From contig DASZWM010000003.1 of NCBI GenBank assembly GCA_035546615.1, positions 92,902 through 156,901 of the forward strand: 64,000 bases of DNA. Direction: 5' to 3'. Shown here in pieces: positions 1 to 12,321 of this stretch. Positions within the stretch are counted from its first letter, which is position 1. Each line of letters begins with the position of its first letter. This stretch comes from Minisyncoccota bacterium. GTDB taxonomy: Bacteria > Patescibacteriota > Minisyncoccia > Phycocordibacterales > SBAW01. The position numbers and the translations under genes are program-made. The notes beneath the pieces are model-generated. The model saw nothing but the letters and a program-made list of their open reading frames with translations, ran no database searches and was not told the DNA's origin.

Positions 1-1089
1 ATAATAGCCGGAGGAGAGCACGTACGTGCCGAGCATGATGCGGCGGCGGGCTTCCGGACCGAACCCTTCGCCGCGGGTTTTCGCATAATCCTCCCACAGG
101 CTGTCGCCCTTGAGCGACAGCCCGTAGCGCACGCCGTCGAAGCGCGCGAGGTTGGTCGATACCTCGGCCGGCATGATCACATAGTAGATCGCGAGCGCCA
201 GTCCGGCTGAAGGCAGATCGATATCGACGATTTCGTAGCCTTGCGCCCTCAGCTTGTCGAGCGACTCTTCAAAATGCCCGAGCACATCGGCATCCACGCC
301 TCTTGCCAGAAGCGCGCGGGGCACGCCGATTTTTTTCTTGGATGCGCGCTTTGGGTAGAAATTTTCATCAATTGACGTGCTATCAAGCGGGTCCTTGCCG
401 CGCATAGCGTTAAAAATGAGCTCGGCGTCGGCCACGCTGCGCGCGAGCGGGCCGGCCTGGTCGAGGCTGCTGCCCATCGCGATGAGTCCCGATCGGGACA
501 CGGCTCCGTACGTCGGCTTAAACCCAACCAGGCCGCAGAAGCTCGCGGGCTCGCGAATAGAGCCGCCTGTGTCGGTACCCAATGCGCCCAGCGCCATGTT
601 CGCGGCGACGGCCGCCGCGGAGCCGCCGGAGGAGCCGCCGGGGACGCGCGAGGTATCGTGGGGATTTTTGGTCGGGCCGTAGGCCGAGTTCTCGGTAGAG
701 CTGCCGTGAGCGAATTCATCCATGTTGGTGCGGCCCAGGAATACCGCGCCGGCTTCCTTAAGCTTGCGTATGAGCGTCGCGTCGTAGCTTGCGACGTAGT
801 TCTCGAGAATTTTGGAGGCCGCCGATACGCGCCGCCCTTCTATCAAAATATTGTCCTTTAGCGCGAGCGGTATGCCGAGCAGGGGACCGCTCTCCCCCGC
901 CCTTCGCCGCTCATCGGCTTTTGCGGCCTGCGCTTCAACATCGTCGAACACTTCCAGGTAGGCGTTAAGCTCGCCGTTGCGCGCCTTGACGTTATCGAGG
1001 CAGGCGCGGGCGAGATCGACCGCCGTTATGTCCCCGGCCGCCAGCTTTTTGCCCGCCTCAAGTATGGAAAGCTCCGCTAGATTATTCAT
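1..1089 (-). CDS. gatA: Glutamyl-tRNA(Gln) amidotransferase subunit A (partial, C-terminus beyond window start)
   Basis: Reverse-strand translation contains the amidase signature GGSSGGSAAAV and the N-terminus MNNLAELSILEAGKKLAAGDITAVDL; ORF runs off the left edge. Confidence 0.85.
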   Translation of the reverse strand, partial: MNNLAELSILEAGKKLAAGDITAVDLARACLDNVKARNGELNAYLEVFDDVEAQAAKADERRRAGESGPLLGIPLALKDNILIEGRRVSAASKILENYVASYDATLIRKLKEAGAVFLGRTNMDEFAHGSSTENSAYGPTKNPHDTSRVPGGSSGGSAAAVAANMALGALGTDTGGSIREPASFCGLVGFKPTYGAVSRSGLIAMGSSLDQAGPLARSVADAELIFNAMRGKDPLDSTSIDENFYPKRASKKKIGVPRALLARGVDADVLGHFEESLDKLRAQGYEIVDIDLPSAGLALAIYYVIMPAEVSTNLARFDGVRYGLSLKGDSLWEDYAKTRGEGFGPEARRRIMLGTYVLSSGYY

Positions 1090-1381
1090 CTTTCTGTATT
1101 ATCTTGCGGACGACGTTGTACTCGCCTTCGCGCCTGGGAAGGGCCGTCAGGAGCGCCTCGCGCTTTTCCGCCATAGGGTCGCCCCCTTCGCGCGGCATAT
1201 CCGCGCGCATACTATTGCGGTTCTGCGTTGACGCCTCTGCACCCTCGGCCGACACGGAGGCCACTTGCCCCACATAATCGAGGATAGAAGAGATATCCTT
1301 CTGCAAAACGGCGGCTTCACCCTCGCTGAGGGTTAGGCGCGCCAGCTGGGCCAAATTTTGCACCTCGTCCCTCGAAATCAT
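1082..1381 (-). CDS. gatC: Glutamyl-tRNA(Gln) amidotransferase subunit C
   Basis: 99-aa ORF with typical GatC N-terminus (ISRDEVQNLAQLARLTLSEGE), overlaps gatA start by 8 nt (gatCA arrangement). Confidence 0.8.
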   Translation of the reverse strand: MISRDEVQNLAQLARLTLSEGEAAVLQKDISSILDYVGQVASVSAEGAEASTQNRNSMRADMPREGGDPMAEKREALLTALPRREGEYNVVRKIIQKDE

Positions 1382-1467
1382 GAGCTTATTGTCTAGCGGA
1401 GCGAGTGAAAAGTAAAGCTTGCTTTCTTTTACGAGCGGAGCGACGACAATATCCGGGCCTTGCCCGG

Positions 1468-3483
<2,016 letters not shown>

Positions 3484-3513
3484 TTAGTGCTTCTTCAGGC
3501 CGGAAGCCAGCCC

Positions 3514-4035
3514 TTAATAATTCACCTGAAGCGCGCGCTCAAGCCGCACCATCCCGCCCGACGCGCAGGTGTTGTAGCCGTGGGACGTGACGGTGGTCCT
3601 CGACGGGTCGCCTGATTTTGCGACCTCCACTTTGGCGCAGGGGCCTGTGGCCGACCCCATGGTTATGGTGAAGGTGGTCGTCGCGGCGGCGCCGGTCTTC
3701 ACGATCGGGTCGGGAGACGACCAGAGGGAGCTTATCACCTGGCCGTTGCAGACGATGCTCGAATCTGACGACGGCCACGTGTCTGAAGTGGACGTTCCAA
3801 AGGCGCTCTTGTCCGAATCGGTGTATTTGTTATCCCAATACAGCGCGCATTCCGCGCCGGTATCGGCAGCATAGATGGCATACTGCGACTGCGTGGCGGT
3901 CTGGGACAGCACGAGCTCGCGGGACAGGAGGTCATAAATGGCGAGTCCGACCGCAAGCGCGAGGCTCGACACCAGCACGGCGAAGAAAATGGTAAAGCCG
4001 CGCTTATGCATTCGTATGTGCCGGGGGGTGCGCAT
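3514..4035 (-). CDS. Type IV minor pilin-like protein, non-canonical N-terminus lacking Glu5
   Basis: Basic leader then GFTIFFAVLVSSLALAV hydrophobic segment (class III signal-like but F at +5 instead of E); last gene of pseudopilin run. Confidence 0.55.
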   Translation of the reverse strand: MRTPRHIRMHKRGFTIFFAVLVSSLALAVGLAIYDLLSRELVLSQTATQSQYAIYAADTGAECALYWDNKYTDSDKSAFGTSTSDTWPSSDSSIVCNGQVISSLWSSPDPIVKTGAAATTTFTITMGSATGPCAKVEVAKSGDPSRTTVTSHGYNTCASGGMVRLERALQVNY

Positions 4036-4036
4036 A

Positions 4037-4627
4037 TTATTGCCAGTTGAAGATGTTCTCGGTCACTTTGACAGAGCGGCCGGTTCCGCCCGTATCGCTC
4101 CAGGATACCGTAACGACCAGTTTTTGCTCGTCATCGGAAAGATCGGTCAGGCTGACGGTGCGGGTATAGATGGTGGGCGTGACGGAGGGAGGATTCGCGG
4201 CCGAGTAGGTAAAGCGCCCCTGCGAGGCGTCGTAGTTCAGCGCCGGACAGGTCGAGCCGCAGGTCTGCGGAGTGGCCGGATAATTTCCCGTGGAATCCAC
4301 ATAGCAGAGTGCGCTGCCGTTTGCGCTTTTGCATACTGAAAGGTCGGTTCCGGCGGCCGAGCCCCCCGCGCCCGTAAGCCAATCGGCTCCTTTCAGCTTG
4401 TTTGAGTCGCGCACGAAGCGTACGTACTCGACCGCGTCCTGCGCGAGGAAGAACGCGGTCACCTGGTCCTTGGCAACTAGCGCGGTTGTAAGGCTTTTGC
4501 TCGCTATGGTCATAGGGCCCGCTATGGCGGTCGAGAGAATGAGCACGGCCACGAGCATCTCAATGAGCGTGAAGCCCCCGCGGGCCTTCGCGACGAGCCG
4601 CCGCATGTTCTTGGGTTTACTGGTCAT
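4037..4627 (-). CDS. Type IV pseudopilin (prepilin-type N-terminal methylation domain)
   Basis: N-terminus ...ARGGFTLIEMLVAVLIL matches G|FTLIE prepilin cleavage/methylation motif. Confidence 0.65.
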   Translation of the reverse strand: MTSKPKNMRRLVAKARGGFTLIEMLVAVLILSTAIAGPMTIASKSLTTALVAKDQVTAFFLAQDAVEYVRFVRDSNKLKGADWLTGAGGSAAGTDLSVCKSANGSALCYVDSTGNYPATPQTCGSTCPALNYDASQGRFTYSAANPPSVTPTIYTRTVSLTDLSDDEQKLVVTVSWSDTGGTGRSVKVTENIFNWQ

Positions 4628-5225
4628 ACAGTCGCTGGGTTACTGAGGTCTGGATATTGAATACGGAGCACTGCGCGGGCGTCGCCAGGCAGTCGGCCAT
4701 GGAGGCGGGGTTGCCGCTTATCTTCACAAAGCCGCTCAGGGCTATCGTGATTCGGGCCTGTAGGGTATCCGCGGGAGACGAGCCGACCAGGTAGAATTTC
4801 AAAGAAGTTATGACGACTTCCGGAGCCGTAATCGACAGGTAGCCCGAACCGTCCCCAGTATCGCGCATGATGCAGCCGGCCGTCGCAAGAGCCGACTGGC
4901 CGCAGGGGGCGGCGGTTGTCTCGAACTTGTACTTCGTCCGCGCGCCCGGACTTGCAGCGTCGACGGGATGGAATCCTACCTCCTGCGCGCCGTCGGTGCA
5001 GTCGGTATTCGCTCCGCGGCCGCAATCGTACAGCGTGCCGGTGCGGATGGTGCGCGACATGCTCTCTATGGCGAAGTTGAGGTTGTTCATGACCGTCTTC
5101 AGCGTCTCGGCCTTCTTGTCGGCTGCTGATATCGACAGGAGCGCGCCCATGGAAACGACCATGACGATGGAGAATATCGTCACCGACACCATTATCTCTA
5201 TGAGCGTAAAACCTCCTTTGTTCAT
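4617..5225 (-). CDS. Type IV pseudopilin (prepilin-type N-terminal methylation domain)
   Basis: MNKGGFTLIEIMVSVTIFSIV... prepilin motif. Confidence 0.65.
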   Translation of the reverse strand: MNKGGFTLIEIMVSVTIFSIVMVVSMGALLSISAADKKAETLKTVMNNLNFAIESMSRTIRTGTLYDCGRGANTDCTDGAQEVGFHPVDAASPGARTKYKFETTAAPCGQSALATAGCIMRDTGDGSGYLSITAPEVVITSLKFYLVGSSPADTLQARITIALSGFVKISGNPASMADCLATPAQCSVFNIQTSVTQRLYDQ

Positions 5226-5226
5226 A

Positions 5227-5910
5227 TTAGCAGTCTGGGTACACCTTGTTGACCCCGCAAACGATAATTTGACCCGTCGTGGTGACGGTTATTCCGCGCG
5301 TTGTAACGCCGTCAGGCCCGACTATCTGAATATACGCGCTTTTATACGTGCCGCCGGCCGAGGTTGCAAAGAACGCGTCGGGATTGGGGCGCTTGAAATA
5401 GATCGAAAGCCAGTCCAAAGTCGGCGTACATACTTGCGAGTTCGAGGACGTGGTGGCACAGAACTTCAATATGGAATAGCCCGGCCCGAGCTTGAACTGC
5501 TGCACGTCTTCGTTGCCCGCGTTGGAAGAGCAGAATCCGGTAACCGCCCATCCCGCGCGACAGTGGTCCTTCGTACCGCTGTCGGCGAAAATATAGTAGT
5601 TGCTCGTGCCCTCTCCTTTGTAGAAGAATACCCCGTAGTCGGACGTGAAGCCGCTCGTGGCCGAATCCTGCCGGACGCTCGTGCCGTAGACCTGCGCCTG
5701 GCGCACCGACAGCGCGATGCTGTAGGCCAGGCTGCGCAGCAGGGTCGAACTGTCGAACTTCCGCTGCTGGAGCAGCAGCACCGTGGTCATGATAGTTATG
5801 ATGGCGACCACCACCAGAAGCTCGATGAGCGTGAACCCTCTTCCCTTCCCCAGGAGGCGCCGGAAAGGCTTTTTAAAAAAGGAGCGGGAGTGAGGAGAGA
5901 AAATCGACAT
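5227..5910 (-). CDS. Type IV pseudopilin; exact start uncertain
   Basis: ...GKGRGFTLIELLVVVAIITIM prepilin motif; 5' end overlaps pilD 3' end; start codon ambiguous (ORF-track ATG at 5943 or ATG at 5910). Confidence 0.55.
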   Translation of the reverse strand: MSIFSPHSRSFFKKPFRRLLGKGRGFTLIELLVVVAIITIMTTVLLLQQRKFDSSTLLRSLAYSIALSVRQAQVYGTSVRQDSATSGFTSDYGVFFYKGEGTSNYYIFADSGTKDHCRAGWAVTGFCSSNAGNEDVQQFKLGPGYSILKFCATTSSNSQVCTPTLDWLSIYFKRPNPDAFFATSAGGTYKSAYIQIVGPDGVTTRGITVTTTGQIIVCGVNKVYPDC

Positions 5911-6673
5911 GGAAGAATAGTGCGACCAGCGCGCCCAGCACAAGGAAGGGCGCGAACGGGAGCTCGCTTCTCATTGTAAGCCCTTTTTTTAGGACGATGA
6001 GCAGTATGCCCACAGCGGCCCCTATCCAGAACGCGAGCATGAGGGCGCTGCCGCCCGCCGCGAGCCCCAGGAACCAGCCGAGACTGAGTTCAAGCGCCCC
6101 GTCGCCCCACCCCATCCACCGCCCGCGCGAGGCGAGCGAAATGAGCGTCAGCGGCAATGCCAGCAAGGGTCCCGCGAGCACCGCCCATATATCTGGACTT
6201 ACGAAGTCCAGAATATGGCCCGGAGAACTGAAGGATATGAAGAGAGACGCGAAGGCGAGGATGGCGAGCAGTATGGAGCACGACCAGGGGATGACCGTAT
6301 GGCGAAGGTCGTACACCACGACGAACAGCAGTATCATCCAGACCAAAAGCCAGAATGCGTATGCGAGCGGCAGCGAGTACGAAAGGAATACCAAAAGAGA
6401 GAGGCCCGCGCCGGCCAGCTCGACCAGCGGATACTGCACGCTGATGCGCGCGCTGCAGTAGCGGCACCGGCCGCCGAGGAACACGTACGAGAATACCGGC
6501 ACGAGGTCGCTTGCGGCGAGCGTATGGCCGCACTGCATGCATTTGGAGCGGCCGTTTGCTATCGAGCGGCCGGTCCCCCACCGGAAGGACAGCGCGTTTA
6601 TGAAGCTTCCGAATATGGCGCCCAATACCGCCGCGGCGACCGGAAAAAGAAGACTGCTTTGCAAGGCGTCCAT
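5873..6673 (-). CDS. pilD: Prepilin peptidase (A24 family)
   Basis: Polytopic membrane protein with N-terminal CxxC...CxxC zinc-binding pairs (CMQCGH...CRYCSA) and conserved peptidase core. Confidence 0.85.
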   Translation of the reverse strand: MDALQSSLLFPVAAAVLGAIFGSFINALSFRWGTGRSIANGRSKCMQCGHTLAASDLVPVFSYVFLGGRCRYCSARISVQYPLVELAGAGLSLLVFLSYSLPLAYAFWLLVWMILLFVVVYDLRHTVIPWSCSILLAILAFASLFISFSSPGHILDFVSPDIWAVLAGPLLALPLTLISLASRGRWMGWGDGALELSLGWFLGLAAGGSALMLAFWIGAAVGILLIVLKKGLTMRSELPFAPFLVLGALVALFFHVDFLSSLPLLF

Positions 6674-7191
6674 CAGTTATTGGTCACGTCGTAGCACTGG
6701 TCGGGGGTGCCGCCGCCCTGCGTGCAGTCCTTCGTTGGGTAAAAGTCATTGTAGCCGAAACACGCGACCGCTCCGTTCGGCACCGTTCCTCCAAGATCGT
6801 CCGACGGCATAGTCGCGTTTTCCAGAGCCGCGCCGAGATGATATTTCGAAGCGCCGCCGGAACATGCCGTAGTCGCCCCGAACGGGGCATACATATAGCT
6901 CCCTCCTGTCAGCGGATCAGTAGGTATCTTGGAGATGTATCCGCCGTTCACGAGTGCGGTTGCCAGGTTATTGGCGTCAGCGACCTTAGGGTACGACAGG
7001 TTATCATTGTAATAGAGCCCGAGCGCGAGCTGGATATTTTTTATATCACTGATGCGCTTGGCGTCGCGGCCGCTCGCCTTGGCGCCGCTCAATCCCGCTA
7101 TCATGATGCTTGCCAATATGCCGATGATGGCGATTACCACCAGGAGCTCGATGAGCGTAAAGCCGCGCAATCTTGCGGCAATAGTATGCAT
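6673..7191 (-). CDS. Type IV pilin (major-pilin-like, 4 Cys)
   Basis: MHTIAARLRGFTLIELLVVIAIIGILASI; followed by separate transcription unit (terminator upstream at 7218-7250). Confidence 0.75.
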   Translation of the reverse strand: MHTIAARLRGFTLIELLVVIAIIGILASIMIAGLSGAKASGRDAKRISDIKNIQLALGLYYNDNLSYPKVADANNLATALVNGGYISKIPTDPLTGGSYMYAPFGATTACSGGASKYHLGAALENATMPSDDLGGTVPNGAVACFGYNDFYPTKDCTQGGGTPDQCYDVTNN

Positions 7192-7217
7192 ACAGCCAGT
7201 ATACCCTCAAAAACAAA

Positions 7218-7250
7218 ATCCCCAGCACATGCTGGGGATTTTGTTTTTCC
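7218..7250. terminator. Rho-independent terminator (bidirectional hairpin) after upstream pilin gene
   Basis: atccccagca-cat-gctggggat stem flanked by A-run and T-run (aaaatccccagcacatgctggggattttgttttt). Confidence 0.6.
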
Positions 7251-7263
7251 TTTAAAGCGAAGA

Positions 7264-7728
<465 letters not shown>

Positions 7729-7847
7729 AATTATGATAACTATCCGAATTCCTAATAATTGTTAATGGAACGCTAAATTGCGGATGCCTTAAGTATAGCC
7801 TGTTCCTGGGCGGACAAATACGCCGTGTGGATAACACCCCTTCGGGG

Positions 7848-9062
7848 CTAGATGCTCCCGGCGGTGTTGTAGATAGGCAGGAGGACCGACGCAAGGAGGA
7901 AGCCGACGCCGAGCGCCAGCAATATGATAAGCGCGGGCTCGATGAGCGACACAAGCGTGTCCACAGCCGCATTGACCTCGCGGTTGTAGAATTTGGCGAG
8001 ACGCTCGAGAATGCTCCCCATCTCCCCCGTTTCCTCGCCTATCTGGAGCATCTGGACCATGATGGCCGGTATCTCGTGCGGATAGCGAGCGAGAGCCTGC
8101 GACATCGGGCTGCCGGCCTTCACCGCCTCAAGCGCCTCCTGCAGTATCCCCTCGTACACGCTGTTGCCCACGACCGATGCGGTTATTTCAAGCGCGCGCA
8201 CGGCGGAAATGCCGGATGAAAGCATGACGTGCATGTTGTCGGCCATGCGGGCAAGGAAGAGCTTCTGGTAGAGGGCGCCGATGTACGGGACCGAGAGCTG
8301 GAGATGGTCGAGCGCAAGCTTGCCCTGCGGGGTGCGCGTAAATTTGACGAGGAAGAAGCCCCCGATGATAAGCGCGATGAGAAGGAAAATGCCGTAATCG
8401 ACCAGGAACGAGCTGAACCCGAGCACGAGCGACGTGATGAACGGCAGCTCCTGCCCCGAGTCGGCGATGATTGCGCCTATCTTGGGGATGACCACCGTAA
8501 GCATAAGGGTCATGACCGCTACGAACGTAAGCATGATGAAGCCCGGATAGACCAGGGCGTTGCGGGCCTTGCTGGTGAGCTCGTAGGAGCGGTCGATATA
8601 GTCGGCCAAAAAGAGGAACGTCTCGTCGAGCTTGCCGGACTCCTCGCCCGCGCGGACCATGTTGACGTAGAAGTCGGAAAATACCTTCGGGTGCTTCGCC
8701 AGCGATTTTGAAATGGAGCTGCCCGCCTGCAGGTCGTCGCTTATTGTGACGAGCACCGTCCGCAGGAAGGGTTTTTCCGCCTGTTCGGCCAGAAGCTTGA
8801 AGACGCGCAAAGCCGAAACCTGCGCCTCGAAGAGCGTCGCTATCTGGCGCGACAGGAGCACGAGGTCGCGGTTGCTGACGCCGCCGAAGAGCGTAATGCC
8901 GCCAATAGAGGCAAGCATCCCCTTGGCGCCGCCGGCATCGAAGGACGTGATAGTGAGGCCGCGCCGCTGAAGCGCCGTGATGGCGGCGTCCTGGCTGGCG
9001 GCGTTTACCACGCCGGAGGTCGGCTTGCCGTTTTGGTCGAGTGCTTCGTATTTGAATTCCAT
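7848..9062 (-). CDS. pilC: Type IV pilus assembly platform protein PilC/GspF
   Basis: 404 aa, two GspF repeats, polytopic. Confidence 0.85.
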   Translation of the reverse strand: MEFKYEALDQNGKPTSGVVNAASQDAAITALQRRGLTITSFDAGGAKGMLASIGGITLFGGVSNRDLVLLSRQIATLFEAQVSALRVFKLLAEQAEKPFLRTVLVTISDDLQAGSSISKSLAKHPKVFSDFYVNMVRAGEESGKLDETFLFLADYIDRSYELTSKARNALVYPGFIMLTFVAVMTLMLTVVIPKIGAIIADSGQELPFITSLVLGFSSFLVDYGIFLLIALIIGGFFLVKFTRTPQGKLALDHLQLSVPYIGALYQKLFLARMADNMHVMLSSGISAVRALEITASVVGNSVYEGILQEALEAVKAGSPMSQALARYPHEIPAIMVQMLQIGEETGEMGSILERLAKFYNREVNAAVDTLVSLIEPALIILLALGVGFLLASVLLPIYNTAGSI

Positions 9063-9071
9063 ATATGCAGT

Positions 9072-10136
9072 TTACAGCAATCGCTCCAGGTTCTTGGGGT
9101 TCCCCGAGCGGCTGTACGCGCTCTCGGCCGTTATCTCCCCCATGCGCACCAGCTCGGCCAAGCTGCGATTCATGTCTATCATGCCGTCCTCGCCGCCGGT
9201 CTCGATGACCGTCTGTATCTCGTGCGTGCGCTTCTCGCGGATGAGATTGGCGACCGCGCTGTTGGCGACAAGCAATTCATAGGCCGGGATGAGCCCGCCG
9301 GAGATGCGGGGCACCAGCCGCTGGGAAAATATGCCCGCAAGCGAGCCGGCCAGCTGGATGCGTATCTGCTCCTGCTGGCCCGCCGGGAACGTGTCGATGA
9401 TGCGGTCGATGGTCTGCGACGCGTTGTTGGTGTGCAGGGTCGAGAACACGAGATGGCCGGTTTCGGCGGCGGTCACGGCTGTGGCCATGGTCTCGGGCGT
9501 GCGCATCTCCCCTATCATGAGCACGTTCACGTCCTGTCGAAAAACCGAAGCGAGCGCCGTCTGGAAGTCGGCGGTATCGACGCGCACCTCCCGCTGGTCG
9601 ATGAGCGACTTCTTGTTCTCGAAAATATACTCGATAGGGTCCTCTATCGTGATGATGTGCTCGGTGCGCTCGTTGTTTATCTTTTCTATCAAAGCCGCGA
9701 GCGTCGTGGTCTTCCCTTGCCCCACCGGCCCCACCACCAGGAAGAATCCCTGCTCGCGCGCGGTAAAGGACTCAAGCGACGGCGGCAGATTGAGCTCGGC
9801 GATGGTGCGGATCATTCGCGGGATAAGCCTGAGTGCCACGCTTACCTGGCCGCGCTCCACGTACGCGTTGCCGCGGAAGCGCGCCTTCTCGCCGTAGGAA
9901 TATGAAAAGTCGGCTTCCTGCGTCTCCGTGAACGCCTTCATGCGCTCCGGCGATATCATCTCGGCCAAGTAGCCGCGCATGTCCTCGGGAGTGAGTATCG
10001 GTTCGGAAAGAAGCGGCGCCAAGGCGCCGGATACGCGCATGACCGGCTGGATGCCCGCGCCCATGTGGAGGTCGCTTGCTCCTTGGGCTATGAGCTTGTC
10101 TATAAGAGCCGCTAATTTTTCCTTGTACTGGGGCAT
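9072..10136 (-). CDS. pilT: Twitching motility/retraction ATPase PilT
   Basis: Walker A GPVGQGKTTT, GHLVFSTLHTN and AIRNLIRE-like VANLIREKRTHEI motifs. Confidence 0.85.
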   Translation of the reverse strand: MPQYKEKLAALIDKLIAQGASDLHMGAGIQPVMRVSGALAPLLSEPILTPEDMRGYLAEMISPERMKAFTETQEADFSYSYGEKARFRGNAYVERGQVSVALRLIPRMIRTIAELNLPPSLESFTAREQGFFLVVGPVGQGKTTTLAALIEKINNERTEHIITIEDPIEYIFENKKSLIDQREVRVDTADFQTALASVFRQDVNVLMIGEMRTPETMATAVTAAETGHLVFSTLHTNNASQTIDRIIDTFPAGQQEQIRIQLAGSLAGIFSQRLVPRISGGLIPAYELLVANSAVANLIREKRTHEIQTVIETGGEDGMIDMNRSLAELVRMGEITAESAYSRSGNPKNLERLL

Positions 10137-10139
10137 GAG

Positions 10140-12011
10140 TTAGACTTTTATTTCCTTTTCGGGCGCGGCCGGCGCATCTGGAGCGTCATCGCCGTCCCCA
10201 TCCTCGGAAAGGGCTATCGGGGCCGGCGTTGGCTCGGCCTCGGGAGTATCGTCGAGCTCGAACTCGCCGCCGAGCGTGTTCACTTCCTCAAACGGCACCG
10301 TGCCCTGCGCTGACTTGATGATAGCATCCTCCTTCATGGTGAGCATGCCGTTCTTGCGCGCTATCGAGAACAGCTCGTCCTCCGGCTTGCCGGCGAGTAT
10401 CGCGTGCTCGAAGTCGGAGTTCATGCCCCACATCTCGAACGCCGCGATGCGGCCGCGCGTGCCCGACGGGCAGTCGGGAGTGACGTCCACGCGGTACATC
10501 TCGTCAAGCGGCGGTATCTCCTTGCGGTATTCCTCCGGCAGGTCCGCGAACTGCTTGTCGAGCATCTCCTTGGTGCTGGAGTCGACTTCCACTTTTTTGC
10601 CGCCGCCCGGGCACAGGGTCTTCACCAGGCGCTGCGCCATGCCGAGGATGAGCACGGGCGGAATGAGGTACGGTTCCACGCCCATGTCCAGGAGGCGCGG
10701 GATGATACCGACGGAGTTGTTGGTGTGGATGGTCGAAAGCACGAGGTGGCCGGTCAGCGCCGCCTGCACCGCAAGGTTGGCGGTCTCGGCGTCGCGGATC
10801 TCGCCCACCATGATGATGTTCGGGTCCTGGCGGAGCGTCGTGCGCAAGCCGTTGGCGAACGTGTAGCCTATTTCCGGCCGCACCTGCGACTGGGAGACGC
10901 CGGGTATCGTGTATTCGACCGGGTCCTCGAGGCTGAGCACGGTCTGCTTGTCGCGGTCCACCTCGTTAAGGAGCGCGTAGAGGGTCGTTGATTTGCCCGA
11001 GCCGGTCGGTCCCGAGATGAGTATCATGCCGTACGGCTTCTTTATCGCGGTGCGTATCATCTCGAGATTGCGCTTGGAGAGCCCGAAGTCCTCGAGCTTG
11101 AGGACTTTCGCGGAGGCCCCGAGAATTCTCATCACCACCTTCTCGCCGTAGTAGGTCGGGAACGTCGAGACGCGGAAGTCCACCTTGTTGCCGGCCACGC
11201 GCGCGGAGAAGCGGCCGTCCTGCGGCTTGCGCTTCTCGTCGAGCTTCATGTTTGAAAGCACCTTGATGCGCGCCACGACGGCCGAATGCACCTTGGGCGG
11301 CAGGGTGATGTTGGTTACAAGCACGCCGTCGATGCGGAAGCGCACGCGCGTCTGGTCGGCGAGCGGCTCTATGTGGATGTCGGACGCGCGCTGCTCGGCG
11401 GCGTGGCGCAGGACGGTCGCCACAATTTTGGTGACGGGCGCGTCCTCGGTTATCGCCTCCGCGCCGGTGTCGGTAATGATGTCCTCCTCGAGGCTGATGG
11501 AGCGCTTCTTGCCGTCCTTCCCCTCCTTCTGCGCTTCTATAGTGCTTTCGGTGTCGAGCTCGCCGAGCGCCTTGCCCACCTCGCCGGAGAGTCCTTTGTA
11601 CTGCTGGAGCAGGTGCTCGAAATCGGTGTCGGTAATGAGGAATATCTTGTACGGCATGCCTACCTTTGCGGAAATGAAAGTGAGCGCGTCGCGCGCTTCC
11701 AGGTTGTCCGGGTCGACGATGCCGACCTCAAGCGCGCCGTCGACTATCCCCAGCGGCGCAAAGCGGTAGTGGCGCGCGCTTTCCTCCGGCACGAACCGGA
11801 GCACCTCGAAGGGCACGTTCTTGTCGCCCACCTCGCGCGTCGGGAGGCCGTAATAGTCCCCCTTGGCCTTGAGCACCATAGGGAGCGTAATGCCGGCGGC
11901 CTGCAGCACGCCCTCGACGGTCGTGCCCGGCTTTGCGAGCTCGGCGCGAAGCTCGGCCGCCTTCGCGCGGTCAAGCGTCCCTGAATCGATTAAGAGTTGA
12001 AAGAGGTCCAT
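10140..12011 (-). CDS. pilB: Type IV pilus assembly ATPase PilB/GspE
   Basis: 623 aa, N-terminal GSPII domains, Walker A GPTGSGKSTT, tetracysteine region (CPGG...CPSG), acidic C-terminal tail. Confidence 0.85.
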   Translation of the reverse strand: MDLFQLLIDSGTLDRAKAAELRAELAKPGTTVEGVLQAAGITLPMVLKAKGDYYGLPTREVGDKNVPFEVLRFVPEESARHYRFAPLGIVDGALEVGIVDPDNLEARDALTFISAKVGMPYKIFLITDTDFEHLLQQYKGLSGEVGKALGELDTESTIEAQKEGKDGKKRSISLEEDIITDTGAEAITEDAPVTKIVATVLRHAAEQRASDIHIEPLADQTRVRFRIDGVLVTNITLPPKVHSAVVARIKVLSNMKLDEKRKPQDGRFSARVAGNKVDFRVSTFPTYYGEKVVMRILGASAKVLKLEDFGLSKRNLEMIRTAIKKPYGMILISGPTGSGKSTTLYALLNEVDRDKQTVLSLEDPVEYTIPGVSQSQVRPEIGYTFANGLRTTLRQDPNIIMVGEIRDAETANLAVQAALTGHLVLSTIHTNNSVGIIPRLLDMGVEPYLIPPVLILGMAQRLVKTLCPGGGKKVEVDSSTKEMLDKQFADLPEEYRKEIPPLDEMYRVDVTPDCPSGTRGRIAAFEMWGMNSDFEHAILAGKPEDELFSIARKNGMLTMKEDAIIKSAQGTVPFEEVNTLGGEFELDDTPEAEPTPAPIALSEDGDGDDAPDAPAAPEKEIKV

Positions 12012-12023
12012 AGCAGGCCATAC

Positions 12024-12314
12024 CTATAAGGGCGCGAACGGATTGCGCCGCCCCGCGTTCTCGGGCGGGATCTGCACGCCGTAGTCGGTAAGCGAGGTGA
12101 AAATGGGGTCGCTGAAGATGCTCGAGTCCAGGCGGATGACGGTAAGGTTCGAGAGCGTCGTAAGCACGTCAGCCGACAAGGGCGAGGCCTGCGGGATCTC
12201 CAGCAGGGTGTTGTTCGCCGGGCCGCCGGAGAAGTACGTCATATACAGCCACCAGGCGAGCACCGCCGCGACGACGAGGCCGATATACAGTTTGTTGTCT
12301 TTAAGGAATTGCAT
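12024..12314 (-). CDS. Small single-pass membrane protein (possible PilP-like pilus assembly component)
   Basis: 96 aa, N-terminal TM, C-terminal RRNPFAPL; position between pilO and pilB. Confidence 0.35.
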   Translation of the reverse strand: MQFLKDNKLYIGLVVAAVLAWWLYMTYFSGGPANNTLLEIPQASPLSADVLTTLSNLTVIRLDSSIFSDPIFTSLTDYGVQIPPENAGRRNPFAPL

Positions 12315-12321
12315 GGTGGTG

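Noticed and set aside
9033-9905. 290-aa + strand ORF inside pilT, and 10404-11984 ORFs inside pilB
   Set aside because: Antisense to strongly motif-supported ATPase genes; Arg/Ala-rich junk composition.
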